A model generated the notes under the pieces. That model was not told the DNA's origin and did not search any database. It worked only from the letters and a program-made list of their open reading frames with translations. Position numbers and translations under genes: made by a program. 64,000 nucleotides of DNA from a virus (taxonomy: Duplodnaviria > Caudoviricetes), in the IMG/VR virus record IMGVR_UViG_3300032305_003086, positions 32,001 through 96,000 of that record; one strand, 5' to 3'. Shown here piece after piece: positions 1-9,561 of this stretch (position 1 is the first letter of the stretch; every line of letters starts with the position of its first letter).

Positions 1-696
1 ATAGTCATTATACCAAAAGTCTCTTCCTCCTAATGATTTTGTAGAAACAACCGGTATGCCGCACAATAGATATTCACTTGAGGAAAAACAGGCTCCTTCC
101 ATAGCAGATAACATTAGTCCGCAATAAGATTGATTAATTTTTTTACAAACTTCTTCTATATTGAGTTGCCTGTCATTGTTGTAAATATGTGGCGGTAAAG
201 AATAAGATAAACTTGGGCCACAATGATTATTTCCACCCGCAACGATAGCCAGCTTATCCACCTTTCTTGCTAAGTAATGTCTTTTGAAATCTCTTTGTCT
301 GGAAACTAGTATGGCATCGTATTTTTTTTCTATAACTTCGGGCTTTATTATGTTTTCATCTATCCAAGCATTATGATTTATCAATTCTCCAAAAAATCCT
401 TTTTGTTCTAGAAAATTTTTCTCTTGAATAGAGTTGAACAGAAAGAAAAAATTGTTCTTATTCAGTTTTAGATACTCGAACATTTCATGGTAGTGCTTGG
501 CATGATGATTATCCATATACCAACCACAATAAACAAAGAAAAAATGACTATCGTTGATTTTATTTTTACATTCATCAAGCCAATTAAAATTATGAACTAT
601 ATTTTCAATAATAAAAATATTGAGTCTTTTATCTTGAAAGTAGTGTCTAAATGGAAAATAGACATTTGGCCAAACATAAAAGGGCTTGAATGTCAT
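1..696 (-). CDS. GT-B fold (GT4-like) glycosyltransferase, 3'-truncated by the window edge
   Basis: Not in the ORF track. Manual translation from ATG at 696 (AGGA upstream) is in frame with base 1 and ends ...MLSAMEGACFSSSEYLLCGIPVVSTKSLGGRDFW..., the EX7E / E-x-x-x-CGxPVV motif of GT-B enzymes. Confidence 0.75.
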   Translation of the reverse strand, partial: MTFKPFYVWPNVYFPFRHYFQDKRLNIFIIENIVHNFNWLDECKNKINDSHFFFVYCGWYMDNHHAKHYHEMFEYLKLNKNNFFFLFNSIQEKNFLEQKGFFGELINHNAWIDENIIKPEVIEKKYDAILVSRQRDFKRHYLARKVDKLAIVAGGNNHCGPSLSYSLPPHIYNNDRQLNIEEVCKKINQSYCGLMLSAMEGACFSSSEYLLCGIPVVSTKSLGGRDFWYNDY

Positions 697-710
697 TGGT
701 AAAATCCTAA

Positions 711-1727
711 TCATATTTCTAATTCCAGTTCAAGAGCATCTATATCTATGATTATATTAAAAGATTTATCCGCTTCTATTAATATATGTTTGTATTTTTC
801 CGCCATCTTGAATGCATTTCTAAAATTGTAACACACTCTGTTGTTTGGGCAAAACTCTATTATTTTAGCTTCAGGATTACAGAATATAGAATTTGCAAAC
901 ATAGATCCATGTGCTCCAATTATAATTTTTGCATTAGCGAAATATTCAACCACTAAATCAAGTGGTTCTTGCCCATTTAGAATAATAAATTCTTTTTTGG
1001 ACAGAGCATCAATAACTTCTTTTTCATTAATAACACCTCTATTCCCAACTTTAATATGGTTTCTGCTTAAATATAGGCTATATTTTGGCTCGATATTTTG
1101 TATGTTAAAGAGTGAAAAATACCTCTCTAAAATCCAACTGTAGGCGTCTCTGTCTATTTCTGTTGGTATTGTTGGGGATAATGAATATATTAAATTGCGT
1201 ATCTTTATGTTCAATTCATTTGCCACTATCAAGTCTTCTTTTCTTATGTCTCTTTCAGAAAACGCAGACAAGTGTTTTATAAAGTCTGTAATTCTGTCGT
1301 GTGTTGATACTATAAATTTAATATTTGGATCTTGTATTTGAGATTTTATAGGATAAAGTCTTTGAAGCGTATCAAATAAATGCCCAAAAGCATAATAACC
1401 AAAAGGATGTGTTAAGTCTACGCAATTCTCAACATCTATAAAATCAGAACATTTAAAAGCTTGTTCATGTTTATTCTTAATATCTTTTCTTCTAATTTGA
1501 ACATGTTCGTTCAATATGTTTTTGTCACGCATAAATCTAGAAATGCAAGACGGCTCCCAAAAAATACGCTCGTCTAAAGTTTCAGGTAAAACAACTCCAT
1601 CTTTATCAAATAAAATACCATTAGACATAATCACATTATGAAACTCATAAGATAATTTATCGTGACCAAAATAGTTATGATTTTTTGATTCTAAAAATTT
1701 GATTGTATTTCTTTTTGGCAATTTCAT
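711..1727 (-). CDS. Glycosyltransferase family 61 (DUF563)-like
   Basis: Motifs FGHLFD, LYLSR...NRGVINE and IIIGAHGSMFANSIFC...IIEF. Confidence 0.75.
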   Translation of the reverse strand: MKLPKRNTIKFLESKNHNYFGHDKLSYEFHNVIMSNGILFDKDGVVLPETLDERIFWEPSCISRFMRDKNILNEHVQIRRKDIKNKHEQAFKCSDFIDVENCVDLTHPFGYYAFGHLFDTLQRLYPIKSQIQDPNIKFIVSTHDRITDFIKHLSAFSERDIRKEDLIVANELNIKIRNLIYSLSPTIPTEIDRDAYSWILERYFSLFNIQNIEPKYSLYLSRNHIKVGNRGVINEKEVIDALSKKEFIILNGQEPLDLVVEYFANAKIIIGAHGSMFANSIFCNPEAKIIEFCPNNRVCYNFRNAFKMAEKYKHILIEADKSFNIIIDIDALELELEI

Positions 1728-2485
1728 TTGTAGGCAATCTTTACATCTTTATCGTAATAAAACCAATCCTTAGGAGATCTATAGTAATCTCCCTTACCAA
1801 GAATGTAAGCTAAATGACTGAATCCGCTTGGTGATCCAACGACTACATCTGCGTTTGCCATATGGTAAAACGCTTCAATATCTGTTTTGTGTGTTAGTAT
1901 TGTGGGATTGAATTCGTTAAATATACTTACATCCTCAAGATTTGGTTCGGATGTTATGTACAAGTTATATTCTCCATCGTTCTCAAAAATTTTCTTCACT
2001 AATCTGTGGAAGTAATCAACGCCTAAGATTCTTGATTCCATACCAACGGCATCACCTCTTCTTATGTGGACTATCAAATTATTGTTTTCTTTATATGGGT
2101 TTTTTTCGTAGTATTTGGAACCAAGTCTTTTTTTGTGTTGTTGGTAAAGCTTAAAAATCGAATCTTTTTTAGGCACAGGCTTCAACAACTGATTGAATAT
2201 GCTGCTGTTTTTTCCAAGATCAAGCCTATACAAAACGCCTTCGTTTTTTTGATTCAAAATGTCATCGGCACTATTTACATTGATGCTTGACTTTTCTTCA
2301 CAACTCAAAATATGCATGTCATTAAATGAAAGAACATGCTCAAAATGAGAAGAGTATCCCGAGAATGGATGATATACTGGGGTAAGGTTGTAGAAATTGC
2401 AAATAAGCAAAAAAGAAAAGTAGTTGTTAGTTTGATGCCCTATCCTGGCTCCTTTGTCGTGTTCAATACACAGATAGTTTGTCAT
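1724..2485 (-). CDS. Fucosyltransferase-like (GT11/GT23-type) glycosyltransferase
   Basis: RIGHQ at the N-terminus, VHIRRGD GDP-sugar-binding motif, D-x-F-x-x-M...SGFS. Confidence 0.7.
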   Translation of the reverse strand: MTNYLCIEHDKGARIGHQTNNYFSFLLICNFYNLTPVYHPFSGYSSHFEHVLSFNDMHILSCEEKSSINVNSADDILNQKNEGVLYRLDLGKNSSIFNQLLKPVPKKDSIFKLYQQHKKRLGSKYYEKNPYKENNNLIVHIRRGDAVGMESRILGVDYFHRLVKKIFENDGEYNLYITSEPNLEDVSIFNEFNPTILTHKTDIEAFYHMANADVVVGSPSGFSHLAYILGKGDYYRSPKDWFYYDKDVKIAYK

Positions 2486-3321
2486 TTTGGCCTCTTGTAA
2501 TCAATCAAATTATAATTGAATGCGTCAAGTTTATCTTGAGCACGTTTTATATCCTTCCACCCAGTCCAAGCAGGGTCTTTGTAAGAACGAACCCATTTTT
2601 CCATTCTTACTTTTCCTTCTTCGCTCCACCTAAAGTGATGAGTCTTTCCAGAATCACTTATTTTTATACCAAACTCGTCAATAAACTTTTTATCTATGTA
2701 ATGATGCCCACAGCCAACAAATTTATAGTACTCTTTTTTAATCAATGAAATTTTTGGAAATCCATATAGTTCATTGTTAAATTTAGGAAATTGATCAAAT
2801 ATATCTTTGTCTACTTCGATTTTTTTTGTAAAACCATCTTCTGATATTCTTTCTACTGTTGTTCCACACATCACATCACAACCATTTTTTTCTAGATCAT
2901 CTATTGCCAGCAGGACATTGTCCTTAATATACTCGTGGAATTCGTCAAGATCCGCCGGTATTACATAATCTATGTCGTTTTGGATTTCTAATAATTCTTT
3001 TGTTCTGTTTACACCAATTGAATCATTTAATACATGAGGCCCAATGTTGTATATAATTTCTGGGTATTTCTTTGTTGTCTTATTCACGAAATCTTTGAAA
3101 TTTTCCTCATCTTCTGGGAACCTGTAACTGAAGTTAGCAATAAAAATATTAGCTCCAACTTTTTTATAATAGCTTATAAAATGATCGATCAGGTAGTCAT
3201 CTTCGTGACAAGCACGAAATAAAATAGCAACTTTTTTAATAGGCGTTTCAGTTATTCTATCGAAAATATCCGCAGGCCCATCGACTGAAGACCCTAAATA
3301 TTTTTCTTCCATTTTATCCAT
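2482..3321 (-). CDS. GT-A fold glycosyltransferase (GT2-like)
   Basis: FISYYKKVG, PADLDEF (DxD), GHH and HHFRW motifs. Confidence 0.7.
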   Translation of the reverse strand: MDKMEEKYLGSSVDGPADIFDRITETPIKKVAILFRACHEDDYLIDHFISYYKKVGANIFIANFSYRFPEDEENFKDFVNKTTKKYPEIIYNIGPHVLNDSIGVNRTKELLEIQNDIDYVIPADLDEFHEYIKDNVLLAIDDLEKNGCDVMCGTTVERISEDGFTKKIEVDKDIFDQFPKFNNELYGFPKISLIKKEYYKFVGCGHHYIDKKFIDEFGIKISDSGKTHHFRWSEEGKVRMEKWVRSYKDPAWTGWKDIKRAQDKLDAFNYNLIDYKRPK

Positions 3322-3328
3322 AACGCTC

Positions 3329-4642
3329 CTAATTAGTAAAACAGTCCATTTGTCTAAAATATTTATAAGCGTTAATACAGTTTAATTTCATTTGTTCTAA
3401 CTCCTCTTCAGAGAAAGAGCGAAGTATGGAAATAGTATCTTTTAAGTCTGTTTTTTTGATAAAAACAGAAAAATCGCTCCACTCTAACCCTGTTATTTTA
3501 GGGGGCGTCCAATCATCTGAGAATATTACTGGAATCACACCTATTGCCATGCTTTCCCACAGTCTAATTGTATTAGGCCCAGTCCCCTCCGGACACAAAG
3601 AGAATATTGAGTCGCTGAGTATGTCGTTATATCTTTGAGTTTCTTTATCATAAGACTCCATGTACTCACTAGATAATTTCTCTTTTTTAACTTGATGATT
3701 AAAAACAATTTTTTCATAAAACCATTCATCTTTTAATTCATAGATTATTTGGTTTTCTTTTTCTAATATGTTTTTTAAATCTAATCTGATTGTGTTACGA
3801 TAATAGTTTGTATAAGCTCCAATAAAAGACGCTAAATATTTTTTGTTTTTATTTGTTTTGACTTTTAAGTCTCTTGACCTGTCTTTGTTTTCGTAATTAG
3901 CCGCAATCAAAGCCCATGAATGAAATTTTATCTTATCCGTATTATTTATATTTTTTTCATAATGAGATAAATGAACGTCTGTGATTCCGATCTCCTCCCA
4001 CAAATCAATTAACCAGCTCCACCGGATATGTTGACATACAGTATGCTTTTTACCATCTTTTGTAGATATAATATTTTTAATTTTTTGTATATTTTCATCG
4101 TTCAAAAACATACGCTTGTCTATGAAAGTTGCCCAAGGAAACGAAACATAATATTCTTTTATCTTTGAATTAACAAAAGCATGATTGTAAAAATAAAATT
4201 TTTCCGTACATGCTGGAAACTGCCAATTAATTTCGTTCGAGTTAATGCTAATGATAGAATCTTTAGCTTTTATATCTAATTGATTAATGGACATAAGTTG
4301 TTTTTTATTTGATGCATTCTTCAAAAAATAATGATGAAATAATCTTCTTCTCTCCGTCACGCTATTTTCACTAGCCCAGGGTTGATAATACCCTTCAATA
4401 TTTGGAATATTTTTTTCATAAGAAATTTCATCAAATTCAATAGGGATTTCAATGATCCAAGCTATTCTGTCTAAAACTTGATGTTCATAATTTTCATCAA
4501 TATTTATGTGTGCGAAAACGTTTTCGCCATCCATTATCAACACATGATCTGGGTGAACTTCGACATTAATGTTTTTATCAAAAAAAATATTATTTTTTTG
4601 TTGAAATCCAAGGCTTTTTAGAATGGAAAATAAACTAAACAT
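3329..4642 (-). CDS. Exostosin family (GT47) glycosyltransferase
   Basis: KYLASFIG and SIFSLCPEGTGPNTIRLWESMAIGVIPVIFSD...WSDFSV, the exostosin signature. Confidence 0.8.
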   Translation of the reverse strand: MFSLFSILKSLGFQQKNNIFFDKNINVEVHPDHVLIMDGENVFAHINIDENYEHQVLDRIAWIIEIPIEFDEISYEKNIPNIEGYYQPWASENSVTERRRLFHHYFLKNASNKKQLMSINQLDIKAKDSIISINSNEINWQFPACTEKFYFYNHAFVNSKIKEYYVSFPWATFIDKRMFLNDENIQKIKNIISTKDGKKHTVCQHIRWSWLIDLWEEIGITDVHLSHYEKNINNTDKIKFHSWALIAANYENKDRSRDLKVKTNKNKKYLASFIGAYTNYYRNTIRLDLKNILEKENQIIYELKDEWFYEKIVFNHQVKKEKLSSEYMESYDKETQRYNDILSDSIFSLCPEGTGPNTIRLWESMAIGVIPVIFSDDWTPPKITGLEWSDFSVFIKKTDLKDTISILRSFSEEELEQMKLNCINAYKYFRQMDCFTN

Positions 4643-4670
4643 ATTTTTTTTTGAGATCGATCCTTTTTAG

Positions 4671-5246
4671 CTAACATATATTAAAAAAAAAATCATCCTT
4701 TAATGACAATATATCTTTAAAGTTAAAAACTAACCAATCATTGTATTTCATAAAAAATTCAAAATCTTTATATAGATCTTTGCCTATATCATAATGCTTT
4801 ATAAAAGCCAATCTAGGCTTTCTATCTTTTTTCCATAAAAGCATTGGCTTTCTGCCAGTTCTTTTGGAATCTTCAGAAACTTGTTTTAAGAATTCGTCTA
4901 ATTCCTTTTGGCCTTTATCAAAAGCAGAACAAAGATCTATATCATTATAGCCACCTTTTGATTCTAAAACAAATTTAAAATTCTCAGGACAAACTAAATC
5001 TCCTGAAAAATTATTTATAGCATTTTTAGAAAGAAATACATTTTGCCCCCACCTGTTTCCACTGCCTATTGTTCTAGAAAACTTGCCCCAAGAAGGATTA
5101 GAGTTTAATATTTCATGAAACCTAGAATTAAGTTCTTTTACAACTTCTAATTCTACTCTTTTGCCTTTCTTACCAGATTTTATTTTTTTTGTTTTATTAG
5201 ATAGAACGTTCTCTATCTCTACTTCTATTTTTTCTTCTTCTTCCAT
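4671..5246 (-). CDS. Holliday junction resolvase-like PD-(D/E)xK nuclease
   Basis: SGKKGKRVELEV...SG...GDL...ESK...QVSED...KPMLLWKKDR, the pattern of phage Hjc-like resolvases. Confidence 0.7.
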   Translation of the reverse strand: MEEEEKIEVEIENVLSNKTKKIKSGKKGKRVELEVVKELNSRFHEILNSNPSWGKFSRTIGSGNRWGQNVFLSKNAINNFSGDLVCPENFKFVLESKGGYNDIDLCSAFDKGQKELDEFLKQVSEDSKRTGRKPMLLWKKDRKPRLAFIKHYDIGKDLYKDFEFFMKYNDWLVFNFKDILSLKDDFFFNIC

Positions 5247-5258
5247 GAACTAAAATAG

Positions 5259-6296
5259 TCAACTTTTATTTAAAATATTTAAAAATATTTTTTCTAACTC
5301 CTTGATGTTATCTATTAAAAAATCATAATCTGAGCTATTTTCGATAATTGATTCTAATTCATAAGAATAATTAATTATTTCTGCTACTTTATATTTTGCT
5401 AAATTATAATTTTCAAGAGAAAAATCTTCACATTGCTCTTCTAAATTTAAATTAGTATATATTTTATTAGTAAGCTTAGGTTTTTCAAAATTTAAAAAAT
5501 TGCCATCTTCGATCCAATTATCAATTTCTTCTGATATTATATCAAATTTATTAATTTTTAATTCTTCTGACAATTCAAATAGCCAAACTTCGTCGGTTGG
5601 TAACTGTGCCGCTTCGCAATCAAAATTGAATTCTCTTGTTGAATCGCTCCAAATTTCTGCGGTGGAGACAAAGAAAACTTGCCCTAGTAAATCCATCATG
5701 TCAACATAAAATAAAGAACGATGTTCATTTCTAAATAGCCACAATCTCTTTTCTTCTTTGCTCAATTCGCCAATAGCTACAGCCATATGCGACTCACAAG
5801 CCATTGACCATAGATTATTGATTCCCAATAATCTATTTTCTATTTTTTCTTCATTTTTATAAAATCCACTTTGAAATAATCTTAATAAAATTTCAGAATC
5901 GCATAATGTGTGAACTTCATATTTATTTTTCAAAAAATTATAAACATGATTTGGAACTCTGCCATTGTGAATTAAAGCGATAGATAAGTCTTCATTTACA
6001 AAAGGATGATTATTCTTATTATCTCTTGGAAGACCAGAGCCAGAAGAAGCCTCCCTAGCATGACATAAAAGCAAATTTGGATTTAGATCTTTGATATTTT
6101 TCCAAATATTTTTATTTACAAAATTGGAAGAACGAGTTGGTTCTTTATGATAAAGAATTTTATTATTTTTATTTGATCCCCAAAAACCAGACGCATCTTT
6201 GCCCCTAATTTCTAAATTATCAAATAAATTTGATATTATTCTAAAGCTAACATCAGGATCTTTTGAATTACCTATAAAACCTGCTATGCCACAAAT
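5259..6296 (-). CDS. Class II (Ntn) glutamine amidotransferase with an ATT start codon
   Basis: The frame extends 74 codons upstream of the track start: ATT-CGIAGFIG...RGKDASG...HAREAS...NNHPF...HNG...CDSE. GAGGTG Shine-Dalgarno at 6301-6306; in-frame TAG just upstream and no ATG. Confidence 0.85.
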   Translation of the reverse strand: MCGIAGFIGNSKDPDVSFRIISNLFDNLEIRGKDASGFWGSNKNNKILYHKEPTRSSNFVNKNIWKNIKDLNPNLLLCHAREASSGSGLPRDNKNNHPFVNEDLSIALIHNGRVPNHVYNFLKNKYEVHTLCDSEILLRLFQSGFYKNEEKIENRLLGINNLWSMACESHMAVAIGELSKEEKRLWLFRNEHRSLFYVDMMDLLGQVFFVSTAEIWSDSTREFNFDCEAAQLPTDEVWLFELSEELKINKFDIISEEIDNWIEDGNFLNFEKPKLTNKIYTNLNLEEQCEDFSLENYNLAKYKVAEIINYSYELESIIENSSDYDFLIDNIKELEKIFLNILNKS

Positions 6297-6309
6297 AAAA
6301 CACCTCTAT

Positions 6310-6669
6310 TCATTCCGGAGAACCTATATTATTTATAGGAGCGTCTAATTTAGAAGACATTTGCTTGAGAGTTGAGAGACAAGAAGATAAAACAGAATTT
6401 AAGTCTGGCCTGTTCTCTCTTTTTGGATCTAGACTCATAGAAATATTAGCGGCACAATTCTGAAGGGTCTTTAGATTTGCCCCTAATTTTGAATTCCACT
6501 TGGTTCTGAGCAGTCTTGCTCTTATTTGATTAACTATTTCTTTTGCTTTTTTATCTTTTCCGAGTGCAACGGGATCTTGAGTCAAATCTTGAATAGAGTT
6601 CATTATATCCCCAAGTCTTTGAGAAAATAAAACTTGGTTTTCAATTATTAAGTAATTTTTAAATTCCAT
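6310..6669 (-). CDS. Hypothetical protein with capsid-targeting-like N-terminus (MEFKNYLIIE)
   Basis: ORF track; N-terminal motif shared with other small proteins in the window. Confidence 0.6.
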   Translation of the reverse strand: MEFKNYLIIENQVLFSQRLGDIMNSIQDLTQDPVALGKDKKAKEIVNQIRARLLRTKWNSKLGANLKTLQNCAANISMSLDPKRENRPDLNSVLSSCLSTLKQMSSKLDAPINNIGSPE

Positions 6670-6670
6670 A

Positions 6671-7066
6671 TTAGTGATTGATATAACATTCGAGTTTAGG
6701 TTTAGTTTTATTTTTAATTTGCTTTTCTATTTGCAAATTTTTAACCGCTTTGTAAGATTTTGTTGCTTGATGAATATTTTCTGCTGATCCTTTGAGCAGC
6801 AAATCTTCAGGCTTATAGAGATTTTTATGACTATATTCTAAATCTATTTCTTCTTTTATATATCCATTTTCATCATATTTTTGATCGGATACTTTGGGAA
6901 CGCAATAACAAGTAAAACAAATTTTCGGATAAAGCCTATTGTCTACAAAAGGTTTATTTTTATGAGAAATTACACATAAGTCCATGTATTGGCCACATAT
7001 TGGGCAATTATCAGACTTTTTTTTATCTTTTTTCTCTGCTTTGAAATTTATTTTAATTTTCTTCAT
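6671..7066 (-). CDS. Hypothetical protein, possible Zn-binding (CPIC...CFTCYC)
   Basis: ORF track; Cys pairs; tight operon packing. Confidence 0.55.
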   Translation of the reverse strand: MKKIKINFKAEKKDKKKSDNCPICGQYMDLCVISHKNKPFVDNRLYPKICFTCYCVPKVSDQKYDENGYIKEEIDLEYSHKNLYKPEDLLLKGSAENIHQATKSYKAVKNLQIEKQIKNKTKPKLECYINH

Positions 7067-7069
7067 TAT

Positions 7070-7489
7070 TTAAGTTCCAGTAGAGCCAAAACCTCCTTCG
7101 CCTCTTTGAGTATACGAAAGATCTTCGACAATTTCAAACTCAAAATTAAAATGCTTTTCAATTATTAATTGTGCGATTCTATCACCAATATTAATTTTAA
7201 AATAATTTTCTTTGTCTGTATTGAATAAAATTACTTTAATTTCTCCTCTATAGGAACTATCTACAACTCCTGCCAGAACATCAATTCCATTCTTGTAAGC
7301 AAGTCCAGATCTTGGAGCTATTCTGCCGTAATGACCTTCTGGAATCTCTAATGAGATGCCTGTTGAAATTGCTTTTCTTTCAAGAGGATTTAAAATGAAA
7401 TCTTCAACAGAACAAAGATCCGCTCCCGCGTCTGACGGGTTTGCTCTCATTGGAATCTTTGCTTCTTTTGATAAAAATTTTATTTTCAT
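7070..7489 (-). CDS. dut: dUTPase (trimeric)
   Basis: AGADL, IAPRSGLA, GVVDSSYRGE, GDRIAQ and RGEGGFGSTG motifs. Confidence 0.97.
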   Translation of the reverse strand: MKIKFLSKEAKIPMRANPSDAGADLCSVEDFILNPLERKAISTGISLEIPEGHYGRIAPRSGLAYKNGIDVLAGVVDSSYRGEIKVILFNTDKENYFKINIGDRIAQLIIEKHFNFEFEIVEDLSYTQRGEGGFGSTGT

Positions 7490-7839
7490 ATATTAATTTC
7501 TTCTAAATTTATACCCTTATCTCTTTGAATGCTGTATGAGTAGGCAGTTATAGATCCATCCGGTTTCGTGTCATTTATTACAATTCTTGGACCTGTTGGC
7601 AGATTGCATATAATTAGATCATAACGAAGATTGAATTTTTTCATAAAACTTTCAATTCGATTTTTATGATTTGCTTCTTCTCTTCCTGTCGTAATGATTA
7701 CAAAATCGTCATTTTTTATTATTGTATTAAAGAAATCGATTGTGGTGGGTAAAATTTCATCTACATCTCCGTGGTAGCTTTTTTGAGCAACAAGGGTGCC
7801 GTCAAAGTCTAAGAACCAGGTTTTTCTATTGTCAACCAC
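7486..7839 (-). CDS. Small HAD-superfamily phosphatase
   Basis: DFDGTL motif I, TTGR motif II, IND. Confidence 0.75.
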   Translation of the reverse strand: MVDNRKTWFLDFDGTLVAQKSYHGDVDEILPTTIDFFNTIIKNDDFVIITTGREEANHKNRIESFMKKFNLRYDLIICNLPTGPRIVINDTKPDGSITAYSYSIQRDKGINLEEINI

Positions 7840-7841
7840 TT

Positions 7842-9491
7842 TTAGGCCTCACAAGAAGAGCAGGTGAGAATGGATCTAGCTAATTCTTGAGCAGGATTTG
7901 CACTTCTTTGATAGTAGAAAGTTTTAACACCCATTTCCCAACCTTCAATCAACAAAGAATTAACTTCTTTTGGAGATGTATTTGGAGGAATCATTAGATT
8001 TAGTGACTGAGATTGATCGATATGCTTCTGACGTTGGGCCGCTTGAATGACAATTTCTTTCTGGCTGATTTCTCCAAAAGTTTTAAAAACATTTTTCTCT
8101 TGTTCCGATAAGAAATCTAAGTGTTGGACCGACCCTCCCTTTACCAATATGCTTTTCCAAACTTCATCATTGTTTTTTTCATATTTTTTAAGAATTTCTT
8201 TAAGGAAGGGATTTTTATAAGTGAATTTGCCCTTGGCTAAATTTTTTACAAAATAATTAGAATTGAGCGGCTCTATAGAAGGGCTTACTTGACCTAAAAT
8301 AAAACTGCTTGAAGTTGTAGGGGCGACAGCCAAAGTGGTCACATTTCTTCTTCCATAGCCTTTTAGAAGTTCTGGCTCTCCGTACTCTTTCGCCAAAGAT
8401 TCGGTTGCATTATCAGCTCTCTCTCTGATTATCTTCCAAACATCAACATTCAAATACTTTGCTTCCATTGATTCAAATGCAATCATTTTAGATTGCAACA
8501 AAGAATGCCAACCCAAAACTCCCATTCCTAAAGCTCTTTGAGCTTTAGCAAAATTATGGGCGGCTTCCATGTACTTTACATTTTTTGTTTTATCAATAAA
8601 TTCTTCGTTAACAGCATCAAGAAAATAAACTAAAGTTTCTACAGCATCGGTGTCTTTGATCTCATCCCAATGAAGCAAATTAAGACTTGATAAAACACAT
8701 ACAAAAGAGTTTTTTTCATCAGAAAAAAGTTGAATTTCAGAACATAAATTTGAACTTTTTATTTTTAAATTTTTATCTTTATAAACTTGTGGAGCTTGTT
8801 TGTTAGTTGTATCAACAAACATTATATAAGGATAACCAGTTTCAAATCTTTTTTGAATTACCTTCGCCCATATTTTTCTTTTATCTTTATCTCCATTTAT
8901 TAGTCCCTCCATAAACTCATCAGTAACGGTAACTCCAATGCTCATATTTTGTATAGAATGCCCTTCAGATCTAATTTGAAGAAATTCTTCTATATCATTG
9001 TGCTCTATTGGCATGTAGGCAGCAAACGAGCCTCTTCTGGCGCTTCCTTGGCTAATTACATCTGCGACTTTGTCATAAATTTCCATAAAATGAACAGCAC
9101 CGCTACTTTCTCCACCAACACTAATCTTGGTTCCTCTTGGTCTCAAGGATCCAAAATAACCTGATGTCCCTCCGCCTAACTTGCTCATCATTCCAACTTC
9201 CGCAGCTTTAGTTAATATTTCTTCCATCTTATCTTGAATGAAGCTGCCGAAGCAACTAACCGGAAGCCCCCGATTATTGCCAAAATTAGTCCAAACAGGC
9301 GTAGCAAGGCTGTAAAAGCCCTTTGCCATATAATTTTGAAACTTATCAGAGAAACCTTTTAATTTAAGAATTTTCTCTGCATTATCTGCAATTTGTTTGA
9401 TTCTAGCCTCTGGCGTAACGCCCTCTTCTAGATATCCTCTTTCCAAAAAAAGGCGGCTGTGGCTGTTGAGCCAATAATATTCTTTGTTCAT
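7842..9491 (-). CDS. nrdA: Ribonucleoside-diphosphate reductase class Ia, alpha subunit
   Basis: PVSC, GGG, SNLCSE catalytic motif, VCVLSS, APTTSSS, GVKTFYY and C-terminal CSSC. Confidence 0.95.
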   Translation of the reverse strand: MNKEYYWLNSHSRLFLERGYLEEGVTPEARIKQIADNAEKILKLKGFSDKFQNYMAKGFYSLATPVWTNFGNNRGLPVSCFGSFIQDKMEEILTKAAEVGMMSKLGGGTSGYFGSLRPRGTKISVGGESSGAVHFMEIYDKVADVISQGSARRGSFAAYMPIEHNDIEEFLQIRSEGHSIQNMSIGVTVTDEFMEGLINGDKDKRKIWAKVIQKRFETGYPYIMFVDTTNKQAPQVYKDKNLKIKSSNLCSEIQLFSDEKNSFVCVLSSLNLLHWDEIKDTDAVETLVYFLDAVNEEFIDKTKNVKYMEAAHNFAKAQRALGMGVLGWHSLLQSKMIAFESMEAKYLNVDVWKIIRERADNATESLAKEYGEPELLKGYGRRNVTTLAVAPTTSSSFILGQVSPSIEPLNSNYFVKNLAKGKFTYKNPFLKEILKKYEKNNDEVWKSILVKGGSVQHLDFLSEQEKNVFKTFGEISQKEIVIQAAQRQKHIDQSQSLNLMIPPNTSPKEVNSLLIEGWEMGVKTFYYQRSANPAQELARSILTCSSCEA

Positions 9492-9561
9492 TTTTTACTT
9501 AATAAAATTGTTGATGAGAATAGGCATTATACACAAAAAAAACAGAAAAAACAGGCAACAA

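Noticed and set aside
487-702. Plus-strand 71-aa ORF and the many other short overlapping ORFs in the track
   Set aside because: They lie antisense to or inside well-supported genes (here the GT at 1-696 on the minus strand) and have no motifs.
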